64,000 nt of DNA from the human T2T-CHM13v2.0 reference genome, Homo sapiens. The notes under the pieces were generated by a model, which saw only the letters and a program-made list of their open reading frames with translations, had not been told where the DNA came from and searched no databases. Each line of letters starts with the position of its first letter. Positions within the stretch are counted from its first letter, which is position 1. Below, piece after piece: positions 29,551 to 47,989 of the stretch. The stretch lies in the NCBI RefSeq assembly GCF_009914755.1, contig NC_060930.1; one strand, 5' to 3'. Both the position numbers and the translations under genes were made by a program.

Positions 29551-31948
29551 ATGTATTTCCAGGTATATCATAAGTAATGATTCTGGCTTCCTTTGTTTGT
29601 TGGTGGTAATAGGAGTGATGAAGAAAACAATTCAAGTGATTTAATTACCCAGGTAATGATTGCCATTTTGCGTTTCTTTTTTTTTTTTTTAACGTAGAGC
29701 TAATCTGTGATCTGGCTGCTCATGTTCTAATGTAGCATTCTGGTAACTCCACCTCTAGTCTAATACGGTTGTAAAACACATTGTACTGTGGTGTTTCATT
29801 GTGTTTTGTTGTGTGTTTTATTTTATTGTTCCTAGTAATACAAACCATAGAAGGAAGACCAGGTGATGATCTGTGTGTTTTTACTTAATCTCAAAACTTT
29901 CTGTAACGTCCCACATTTAGGAGAAGACACAGACAAGATGAAAACTTTAAGCCATTTGGGCTTAGAGTTATCAACACATTTCAAGCATATAAGATTGAGA
30001 TCACTGTTTACAAACTCTCTGGTTGTTAAAAGGAGTCTTGAGAGGATTGCTTATAGAAGTAATTAAATGTGTTGATTGGCTATCTACCAATGCCTACCTC
30101 AATTCATTTACAGTTTGACACTTTGAAGCTGTGATTTGGTAAACTTGAGTCCCCAGTCCAAAGAGACTCCTATAAACAGCATCTCTCTCACATTACTCTT
30201 ATTTGCCAAACTTCAGAGTAAATAGAGACCAGAGGGCATCATTAACACATCTGCTCTTTGGCTTTGATGATGATGGGAAATAACTTCACACTAGAAGTCA
30301 CTGGGGAAGTAGGTGTACTTAGTGGAGAGAGGAAAACATTTATCACCAAACTTTATATGAGGAAACAAATACCTGGGGAATTCTCAGACTATTAAGCAAA
30401 GGCCAAATGTAAACCTGAGAAAGAAAACTTTAGCTGATGCACGATAAGCAAGACAGTGACCTGTGCCTTAGTCTATATACTTATTTGATGTAAATGTTTA
30501 TAGATTTGGCACATGAGCAAAGAGCAAGGAGTTTCTTATCTGGAAGATAACAGAAGTTTCAGGAAAACCATTCAACTAACATCACTCCTCAGCCCTGGTT
30601 GGCTGATACAGGAAACCCTTAATTAAATACTCATTTGGTTTGTCCCTTAATAAGTAATTTCAAAAATTAAAATTATAGATATACTGCATATATTGAATAA
30701 GGTAAGCTCCTCTGCCAGAAGAGGGAATAATACAGAATAAGGCCAACTTTTTTCTTAGTAGCAAGAATTTGCCTGTGTTTGGCTGTTGCCTTTATCACCA
30801 GTCTCTAGTGGATTGTGACTGTGGGTTGTTAGGAGTCCCTGTGCTTTTACTTTCCTTGATGGTTGGCACTGACCATAGTCTCCCTGGTCCTTCTCAAGCC
30901 CACTATAAGATCTTGTTGCCCCAAACACCTTTCTTGCCACTAGGGCAATTGAAAAGCTGAAATAGTGCATTCTGATATTTCATTAATAAACATTTTTAAA
31001 AAAAATTTGGGGGGACAAATGTAGGTTTATTCAATACTTTCTATTATCACTATATTTTCTAAATGAAAGGAGCATATTAATCTTGGAAATTCAGGAAGGA
31101 CATAATCTTAGACAACAAACAGTCTATTAAATTGAATAAGTTTTCCGATATGAAAAGCTCACCACATTGTTTTGATTTTCTCACTTTACAATTACCTATA
31201 AAAAGTTTGTCACAACTAACACCAATCTTCATACTGAGAGGATTTGGGAATCCCTGACTTAGACGATCAAGGTACCATTAGTTTGAGAAAATATTAAAAC
31301 ACTGAAATCTCAAGAACTAACTTCAGAAATAAAGTTTTTCCTTGCTGGTTTAAAATTGTTGCATTCTAGTCAATATGTCTTTTTTCTCTCCCTTCCTTGA
31401 CAAATGTTCATCAAGCAGCAACCCTGTACCAGGCTCTGTGGCAGGGACGGGGTATGAATGAGGCTGCCTACAGGAGCTCACAGCCGAGGCTTCTGAGTGA
31501 AGTGTTAAACATTGTAGTCTTCATAATTCCTCTAAAATTTTAACCTACTATATATACTGAAAAGCTTAGAATTCCTTTTTATTAAAGATCTAAATCAATG
31601 GTTCTTAGAACTGCATTCATTTCAAAGAAACCAAGTCATGTATTAAAATTGCAGATTTCTGAGTCTCAATCCCATCCTCCCAAATAATTTCAATGCAGTT
31701 AGGGATCCAACACAGGCCCAGGTAAAAGGCCATAAGTCAAATCTAGTTAATGGTTTCAGAATATACGTTTTAATAACTTTGCTTTTAAAATTGTATTATA
31801 TTAATAAAGAATACACTTTTTTTGCCAAAATTAAACCCACATAGGCACATTCTCTTAAATTTAATTGGGGATAAAATTATGAATCCCTACAGTATTCTCA
31901 CAGTTGACCCTACTTCCTGAGACAGGAAAGTGGGTAGAGTTTGTAGCC

Positions 31949-32325
31949 CGATATGGTTAGGTTTGTGTCCCCACGCAAATCTCATTTTAAATTGTTATTC
32001 CCCATAATTCCCATGTGTCAAGGGAAAGAATGGGTAGGAGGTCATTGGATCATGGTGGCTGTGTTCCCCATGCTGTTCTCGTGATGGTGAGTGTGTTCTC
32101 TCAAGATCTGATGGTTTTATAAGTGTCTGATAGTTCCTTCTACATACGCTCTTTCTCTTCTGCCACCTTGTGAAGAAGAATGTGTTTGCTTCCCCTTCCG
32201 CCATGATTATAACTTTCCCAAGCCTCCCCAACCATGTGGAATTGTGAGTCAATTATACCTCTTTTCTTTATGAATTACCCAGTCTTGGGTAGTTCTTTTT
32301 AGCCATGTGAAAATGGACTAACACA
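31949..32325 (+). mobile_element. THE1 (MaLR) solo LTR inserted into a MIR
   Basis: gatatggttaggtttgtgtcccc...gaaaatggactaacaca; 5-bp TSD tagcc at 31944-31948 and 32326-32330. Confidence 0.92.
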
Positions 32326-32399
32326 TAGCCTGACAGACTTGGGCTCAAATCTTACCTCTAACATTTATTAATTGTGTCCCCTTGGACACCTTATTATTT

Positions 32400-32760
32400 A
32401 TTATTTATCCAGCTAAAAAACATACAGTGAGTGACTTTCTCTGTGCCAAACATGATGCTAAGTACAGCAGTACTTAATAAATCACTGTCCCTAGCTTCTG
32501 CAATTCACTGTCCAGTGAGGGCAGAGGGCACCACAATCAATACATGCACTGACAGGGATGGGCGTGGGATATTTTGAGAGTTCAGAGAGACACTTACCTG
32601 GCCTGAGGGGATAACAGAATGCTTCCTGGAGAGTAATCCTCAAGATGAGCCTTTTCAGTTGAGTAGATGTCAGCCAGTTACAGCGAGGGACCTGGGGGAG
32701 GCATTTCAGGCATATAGGGCTGCAGGAGCAAAAACAGAAAGGACAGAAAGCATGGGAGCA
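32400..32760 (-). mobile_element. L2 fragment
   Basis: ctgtgccaaacatgatgctaagt...gcttcctggagagtaatcc is typical of reverse L2. Confidence 0.55.
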
Positions 32761-33790
32761 ACAAAGAGAACCGGGATTTTAACCCCGGCTGACGTGGTTC
32801 CAAAGCCTGAGCTTGTCTCCATATGCCAGGGTGATTCAGAGTGCTCTACACTAGTGTGCTTCAGAGATTACACAGAGTTCTCATGAAGCTTAATTACATT
32901 GGTGGATAATAGGTGTTTTGCAGATTGATATCAAAATATAAATTACTTTTATAGCTTTACAATTTATGTATTTATAGATTATGTGCTATATAATTATATA
33001 TACATATACCAATAATTTCTTATATAAATTATCTTATGTGTATATATACATGCTATATAAAATTTTTTCAAAATAAAATCCCCCCAGTTTCTCAAATAAC
33101 TGACATATCACAGATTATGCACAAATGTGCCACCAGGTTACTTCCTTTTGCATAAAGCTTGAAATAGATCTTCTTCTGCTATCCTTTTTTGCATAATTAT
33201 AATTGTAAAATTTGTTAGGAAGGAGGATACTGGGATTCCACACTAGTTTTTGTTTTTTAAAGAACTGACATGTAATGTCTGTGTATGTTAACATCTCTGT
33301 GTGCAGTACCATAGCATATGCTGAGTAAACACCACTATAGCATACACCAATAAAATGACAGAGAATACCACTAATAATATATGTTCACCAAGGGATTTTA
33401 CATGTTAAGATCCATGCTAGGCGATAACTTCTCATCTAGTAATCAACAATCTACTGAAGGAGGTGAGATCATTGCCCTCACTTTATAGCTGAGTAAATGA
33501 AGGTTTTGCATTTTTAAATAACTTTGTCCAAATAATAGCTGATAAATATTGGAGTCAGAAATGCAGACCCATGGCGTCTAGCTCCCAAGCCTGCCCTTCT
33601 CACCACAGATCATCTTCGATAATGAGGGCTTGAATATTTTCATTAATTAAAATCTCCCTAGGAGCAGCCTGGCTTGAAAAATACTACTTTACCACATCAC
33701 ATTGTTAAAACATTGATCAAAAAACAAATTTTAGAGTTTGGCATCTCTGTGATTTCTTATCTGACTTGTACATTTATTAAGAGGGATACC

Positions 33791-40271
<6,481 letters not shown>

Positions 40272-41559
40272 AAGATGGATACCTGCCATTGATAAATCAT
40301 TGTGGGTGGCCTAATTTTAAGCTCCTACATCACTTTAATTTATAAATATGTTGAGAACATTTTAATTTGTGTGAGTCAATAATGTCTTCCCACTGTAAAA
40401 AATGAAAGAAACAAAGGAAATGCTGAAGCTAATGTGAATCACAACAGAACCAGCCTCAATGGAATGAATGTTAGAGCAGCCTAAGTTCACTGGGAGCTTA
40501 AAGGCTTGAGGCAGGAGGTTTAGGAGGAAGAGAGATATGGAGAAGAAGGTGAGGATCTGTCAAGTTTACTTACAATATTTTTAATATCTGGCCACGTACT
40601 CAGTGAATTATATTAAAGCACTTTGGAAAATGCATACGTACTTTATCTTTTTAAAAAAGCAAAAGACAAAAAACAAAACTCTCAATCTGATTCTTACATC
40701 ATCTACATTTTGAGTGCATATCTCAACTACTAAATAATAATTTTGTCAGTACACTTTATCATCTACTAAATTTAGAACCATAAATCATTCTGAATGTTTC
40801 TTTACACCTTTAATATTCAGGTTCTTCTTGGGAACTAAAGGGACACTGTGGCTCATCAGAATGGACAATGAATTGGAGTTTATCTGGTTTGCACTACTTT
40901 TTTGGCAAATATTTATGAGTCTCTAAAGATTGGATTATTGACTTCAAGAACTGACTTCAAAATCAAGATGGACTCCAGTTCACTGATCTCTTAAGACGGC
41001 ATTATTATTATTGCTAATAAATCAGTTCCAACAAACTTCCTTGCTAACACTTCTTTTACTGATCTGGAGTGGAAATTTATATGAATATTCCTCTTTGAGA
41101 AGAGGGTGGAGGTTGAGACCGTTTTGATTGCAAGTTATCTTGACCTGGGGAAGGAGTGTCATTGAAATTGCTTTCTTGGTATTTGCTATAATCTTGTATG
41201 TCAACTTAAGGTTCTTTCTGTGGATGCAACCAAAAGCTATTCTCAAGAGGAATTAATTAGCAGGCTATCTGGGATTCGTGGAATCCATGCTGGATAACTG
41301 AATTTGGAAATGAACAGACAGGTGGGTAGTTCTGGAGTCTGGGAAGAAAGAAACCTTGATATTAACATGAGCAGTCTGCTCATGATCTTACCGCTTGGAT
41401 AAAATGGACACCCACATGATTTCATTGTTTTCTGCTAATTATTCTGCTAAGAATCACTGTTTCTATCCCTTTGTTAGAGATTCAAATTCTAGAGAAAATT
41501 CTGAAAATATCAGTAATTTACTCATCTGTTTAGTTAAAGGGAGAGGCAGGGGGTCAATC

Positions 41560-42560
41560 TTTTTATTATAGTTCCAATGAACTATAACTAGTTGGAATAA
41601 AAAACACCTCAAAAGTGAATTGGATTCCAGTTGTTATATAGACTCCGGAAAATCAAAAGACAAAAACACCTTTCATGAGGAAAGGGAAGCTACAGCAAAG
41701 CTGGGAATATGGAAAGACGAAGCAAGCCTTTCTTTTTGTTTTGCTGAGAGGGGCAGTTATTACTTATTATGAATATTAAAAACAGAACCTACAATAAAAA
41801 TAGACTGTAAGAGCTTTAGTACCGAGTGAAAAATGTAAAATTATTTGAGTCATGAACTTGTCCCAAGATAAATGTGGAATCAATGCTAAAACCTGTATAG
41901 TACTTTAAAGTAAATGTAAGATAAGACAAAGATGATTGTTATTACCATTATCAATACTGATTTAGAAATTCTAACTAATGAAGTACAGTAAGGAATATAA
42001 ATCAGAATCATAATTATTGGAAAGAAGATAAAACTTAGCCTTGTTTGAGGATAACATGATTTGTATAATGAAAACCCAAACGAGTCAACTGAAAAGCTAA
42101 TATAAACTTTATTATATAACCAGCAGTAATGATTACAAAGAAAACATAATGGTTTTAGAAAAAAATTCAGAATAGGCAAAACATACATAGAGAAAAGCAC
42201 AAAACACTTCAGAGTAATCTTAAGAAGAATTATGGGAGCAAATGAAGAACAGCACATAAAATTACTGTAAAGTATAGAAAACTCACTAAATGCTTGTTTC
42301 CTTTTTAAAATTTGACAGACTGGACTCACAGGTGAAAAAAGTCAAACTGGTCTCACAGGTGAAAAAAACTCTTTTGAAACTGAGAGTGATTAGGGACACT
42401 ACTTATTTAGTCTTGTGTGTACTAAATTAAAAACATAAAACATAATGTTTTTAAAAGTACTAGAGCAAAAATTGATACAGATCATTGAAACAAAATATAT
42501 ACTCCAGAAACAGACTATAATCTCTGGAAGGATTTCACATATCCTCCGGAGATCCTCAGA
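41560..42560 (+). mobile_element. Highly degraded ancient L1M ORF2 remnants
   Basis: A-rich; ataattggaaagaagataaaacttagccttgtttgaggataacatgatttgtataatgaaaaccc resembles the L1 RT region. Confidence 0.5.
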
Positions 42561-43950
42561 TTTGTAAACAGAAATTTATACGCAGCAGTGTGCATTTAGT
42601 TACGTTTAAAATCATTTGCCTTACCCTAACTTATTCATGAGCAGAAGGTAAATCCAAATCCCCAGTGATACTCAATCTGAAACAGACCATGTGAAGTTTG
42701 TATTCATCAGCTCAATTGCTGATGAATGCTTGTAATTTAGAATGTTTGCCCACTTCCTTTAGAGAATCTTATTTGAAACCATTATTTGTTCCTCTTTTGT
42801 ATTTTTATATATGCCATCTAAATAGCCATGGTACATCTAGTCTGATTATACTTCTTGTTGGCCCTCATGTTTAGCTACTTTGATGGATGACTGCTTCTCC
42901 TTCTGTGTATTGTGGAGCCCAGCAAAGTGAATTTGTTTAATACCAGGTAGCCTGTGTTTTGAACCCTATCATGCCAGATATGACCTTAAGACATGGTAAA
43001 ATCCTTCTAGACATTTTCATGACTTCAGTGGCAGGTAAAAAGCAGGAATTTCATTTAATTTATATTATTTTTAGAAAAGTTAGAAACAACTGGAATTAAC
43101 AATAGGGAATGGTTAAAAATATATTTGTACATCTGTGCAGTCACGTTATACAGCCACAAAAAGGGATTACTCATAGCTCAAACCTCAGCATCATGCATTA
43201 TATTTAGTTAATATGTGCACATATGCCCCGACTCCAAAATAAAAGTTGAAAAAGAGAAATATTAATATAAAATAAAGAATTTTAGATGATATAATCCTTA
43301 CCAGGAAGTATACTATGAATAACATTTTTTTAATTTCATTTGGTTTGTATATATTTTATTTTTATATTTTCCTTTATTTTTCAAATTTCTTAGAAGCATG
43401 AGAATCAGAAAAACATAATTTAAAAATGTGAAGATCAAGATATTTAAGGATTGGAATATATATTAACAATACAAATAAATTATGTGTCAACAATTATTTA
43501 GCGGTAACATTTAATGTGTGTACTTTTAGTTGATTTTACTAAAAGACTTATACACATATGTGACCAGGACATGTATACGTATATGACAAAATCATTCTGA
43601 TTTGCATCCTCAAATTCAGCCCTATAGTTTCCACCACTGAACAGCTGACTAAGGTACCACAGTAAACTCATGGCAGTTCTTCTAAGGGCAGGAAAAGTTA
43701 TATAAAATGTAGGCCTTTAAATACTGGATTTGCAAAGTTCCATTATGTGTGGTAAGAATGGAAAAGCGTATACCTACTATGTCCCAAATAGGAAATTACC
43801 TATAAGCATCATAATTTAACTCACCATACATACTTTGACTCAAGTAACTGATTTAAAAAAAAATCCATGTGGTTGGTGCATGTGGTTCGTTATGTTGTGT
43901 TCATAAATATGATCATCAACCGATTTGCAAAACAGTAAAATATAATAATT

Positions 43951-44970
43951 CTATGAACTCAATTCCAAAAATAATTTACACCTGGATGAATCTTTTTGGA
44001 AAATTTTACCAAACAGCATCATCTTCAGTGCTTTTCTAAACCAAGGATAGAAAAATGCATAAACCATTGGATTAAATGTAGAGTTCAAGTAGCCAAACCA
44101 AATCAATACATCATTCAAAGTAGGTGGAATAATGTAGTGAAGAAAAGGGTCCATGACTGTACAGATAAAGAAAGGGCACCAGCATATTAGGAAAACTCCC
44201 ATCACAATCCCCAATGTCTTCACAGCTTTCCTTTCTTTGCTTTGTGAAATTCCATTTTTCATTTCCAATCCAATTTGGAGCTTCTGATTGGCATCACTAA
44301 TTAATCTTGCCTGTTCTTTAGCGATAAGATATATTCTGTAATAGACACATAACATAATAGATCCAGGTATATAAAAAGAAGTCATAAAGGTCAGTACCCC
44401 AGATATTTTGCTAAAGAAGACAGAGCAACCTCCTCTGCAGTGAACATGTTTGTAATATATCTCTTCAGCGCCTTTGAAGTTTAGCTCCAGAAAGATCATT
44501 CCAAATGCAAAAACAGCAGGGACACTCCAACTAATGAAGATCATCACACAAATAACCAAGATATTCATCTTGGCTTTATATCTCAGTGGATCACACACAG
44601 CATAGTAGCGGTCAATGGAGATGAAAGACAAATGGAAAATGGAGGCTGAGCTCAGCATAATGTCGGTGCTTGTGTGAATTTTACAGAAGACTTCTCCAAA
44701 ATACCAACAGTGCTCAGCAGATCTCACCATACTGTAAGGCATGACCAGACACCCCAGAAGAAAGTCCACAGTGGCCATGGAATGAATGAGCCAATTTGTT
44801 GGGGTATGAAGTTGTTTGAAGTGTGATATAGAAACAATAACTATCAGATTGCCAACGAGTGTGGTCAGAATTATGAGCACCATTAAACTGTACAGGGAAG
44901 CACGGACATCATTTGACCAGTTGTTTTTCACACAGGAAATATTAATTATATTGTGGCAAAAGGGCATCAT
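43951..44970 (-). CDS. TAAR1: Trace amine-associated receptor 1, 339 aa, intact
   Basis: Uninterrupted 7[26 protein letters not shown]...KLFLELSS with D3.32 (TDIML), DRY, CWCP, NPMVY; recognised as human TAAR1. Confidence 0.98.
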
Positions 44971-45095
44971 TCCTGAGGGCTGTCAATCAGTTTACTTTTC
45001 CCTTTGTGTGTTGATTTATCTTTTTCCCAAATCCATAATCAGGTTACAGTTCCTTCTCATGTTTATTTTTTATTTGCACATACTTATCCCAGAAA

Positions 45096-45120
45096 CCTAG
45101 GAGGAAAAATAAAAGAGTAA
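45096..45120 (-). other. TAAR1: Splice acceptor for the TAAR1 coding exon (exon starts 45096, 126-nt leader)
   Basis: Minus strand ttactcttttatttttcctcctag|gtttct: long pyrimidine tract plus AG. Confidence 0.7.
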
Positions 45121-46310
45121 ATCATTGGCAATTTGAGTCCTCTCACTTCTAAAACATTTACCTATTACTCTCTGTTGAAGAATAGTTATTTTGGAAGGGA
45201 CTTTATTTCCAAGTTCCATTCAATAGTTCAGTACAGCAATTTTTAAAAAACTTTTACCTGGAGCTGGACATTCTTCTAGAAATATGAAGCTAAATTATTA
45301 GGTTGAACTATATGAAACTGCCACATTTGTAGGTCAGAGAAGATCAAATGATGATTATGATCACACATCTTAATCTATGGAAACAATCTGTGTCCATAGG
45401 AAGCCAGTCTAGTGGGGGAGACTTACATTCTAAAGGGTAGAAAGAAATTGCCAGAAAATTTGGAATTAAAATATGTTTATGAAAAAGACAAGAAGTCTTT
45501 TAAATGTGCCTCTTGTGCAGAATTAATACGCACTATGCCCACTTCTGCACTTGGTCATACGTAAATTATATATTTCTTATTTTATAATTAATTGTAATAA
45601 GAAGAAGCTTACATATATTTATTTGCAGCTTGCAAAGTACTTCTACATATATTCCATGCATTATTTCAGTTACAGTTTTATTTGACATTTATAAGACCAA
45701 CATCATTTTTTGTAAGGAAGACATGACATGCTTCATTAACCTCATTTTACTGGCAAGAAATTGAAGTTTAATTCACAAATCATTAAAGCTTGAATATGAG
45801 CTGTGGTCTCAATTACTAGTTCAGTTTCTTTGATATCAGTCCAGTCTTTCTCTCTATTGCAGAAAGAACCAACTTGAGGTCAATTTTTAAAAATTAAGCT
45901 TTAAATTTTCATATAAGAATTTATGATGTCTTAAATAATGGCACCTACTAGTGAAGAATGATATTGTGGTCCCACTTATTAAGGATTTTTGATATACAGA
46001 CTAAAGTCTATGGTAAGAAGTGAAGTGGCATGGTGCAAAGAGCACTGAGGTGAGAGCCCAGGGAAGCTGAGTTTCCATGTGGGCCGTGGGCAAGGCACAC
46101 AACCTTTTTAGTTTTTAAGTTCTGAAATCCAATAAATCTCACTTTATAAAACAGGTAAAAAAAATTATTATGAGTAGGCATCTTCTACTAGGCCTCCTCT
46201 TCTTGTACTTCACTGAAGAACCTCAAAGTTCCAGGGGACTCAGTTTGAAACTGTCCCTTTTGTTTCTATATGACCCTGTAATTCTGAGCTAAATTCTAGA
46301 ACTTGGACTT

Positions 46311-46328
46311 ACACACACACATACGCAT

Positions 46329-46365
<37 letters not shown>

Positions 46366-46392
46366 ACACATACACAGACATGTACATATATA
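46311..46392. repeat. Compound (CA)n/(TA)n microsatellite
   Basis: (AC)5, interruption, (AC)14, then TA-rich. Confidence 0.95.
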
Positions 46393-46586
46393 TAAAGAGA
46401 AGAGGGGGGAGAGAGAGAGAAAGGAAGAAAGAAAAGAGAGAGAAAGAAAGGAAGAAGGAAGAAAGGAAGGGAGGGAGGGAGGAAAGGAGAGGAGGAGGGA
46501 AGGAAGGAAGAAAGAAAAAAGAAAGGAAGGAAGGAAGGAAGGAGAAAGGAAAGAAAGAAAGAGAAAGAAGAAAGAAAGAAAAAGGA

Positions 46587-46650
<64 letters not shown>

Positions 46651-46692
46651 AGAAAGAAAGGAAGGAAGGAAAGAAGGAAGGAAGGAGAAAGA
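46393..46692. repeat. ~300-nt pure purine tract including a perfect (GAAA)16 at 46585-46648
   Basis: Only A/G on the plus strand. Confidence 0.97.
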
Positions 46693-47989
46693 GCTTGGGG
46701 AAGAGTACAAATTTCTGGCAATGAAGTCCTATAGTCTATCACTTTGGTAGGAAAATGCTAGAAAACAGCAACAATTCCTAGAATTCCAGGAGTCTGCCTT
46801 CCTTTTTATCTTTTTCCCTTCCCTCTGGGCTGATGGTTTAGAATGAGAGAAATGCAATATCTAGGTATGAAAATGTATATTTTAATAAATTTGGAACATT
46901 TTTCCCCTAATCTCCTTTGGTCTTCTATTCCCAGAAGGAAACATATTTATACCAAATAAATCTGTAAGATTTATTTAAAAAGACACACAGGCTCATTCCA
47001 TGATAGAAGCTAAACAGCAAACAAAAACTGTTATTTAAACTAAGCAATATTTGAATTACGATTATGATTTCATTAAAACAATGATGGATTTCTTACTATG
47101 AAATTTAAGTTTGCATTTAACTAAACTCAATCAGTTAAGTTATATATTTTCTAGTTAGACTTTTCCTCCACTATTTCCCTCTCTTTTCCTTCTTTCTTTT
47201 ACTTATTTGTTGACTTACTAAAGGAACCACACAACACTCAAAATCACTGTTCAGAAGTGTTTATTTATTCCTGACTCTTAAAAACATTTCTTCCTGATGT
47301 CATATTGAGTAGGGACTCTCAGTAGGAACTAGGGTTCAAAAAGAAGTAAGGGAAGGTGGAAATAAAGCAAAATACAAATTTCACTTTTAGAAGAGGAAAT
47401 TCACAGAAGATGAAAACGCCATCTGGCAAATTCATAGGCCTTGTTTTTTGTGGCTCTGACCAAAATGACTCAGAGGTTACCGCAAGCTCATATTTGCACA
47501 TACTGGTTTAAGAGACATCAAGCCTTAGGCACAGTATCTTAGAAATTGTTGATAGTATGAATGCCACATCTGTAGAATAATTTGTCTGCCCAACTTAAAG
47601 AATATTAAACATCATTGTATGAGTGCTTTTTGAAGTGTTATAAATTGTTTTTGAATAGATTTATTTGTTTAAGTGCTCTATGACAACATTGTGAGTTGAA
47701 AGCTTATCTAAGGACCTGGCAAAATAGTGTTTTTGTTTCTTTTCTTTCAGCTTTAAGAATTTACAAGCTAGAGATAATTATTATCTGTATATACAAAGTT
47801 TCCAGGTTGAATATACAATAGCAATATGGGAAGTTAACAAATTGCTGTTTGATTACCTAACTAAGTAAACAGTTCTGTGTAAATGATCTAATCATCTAAT
47901 GTTTGAAAATGACATATGAATTAAAAATATGTTGATAGAACTTATAGTTTAAAATAGATCTGTCTAGCAAGGCAGGAACTCCCGGGCAG

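Noticed and set aside
41886-42329. 147-aa hydrophobic ORF
   Set aside because: Antisense of A-rich degraded L1; compositional artefact with a GTG start
46296-46742. F/L/S-rich and K/E/R-rich ORFs
   Set aside because: Translations of microsatellites
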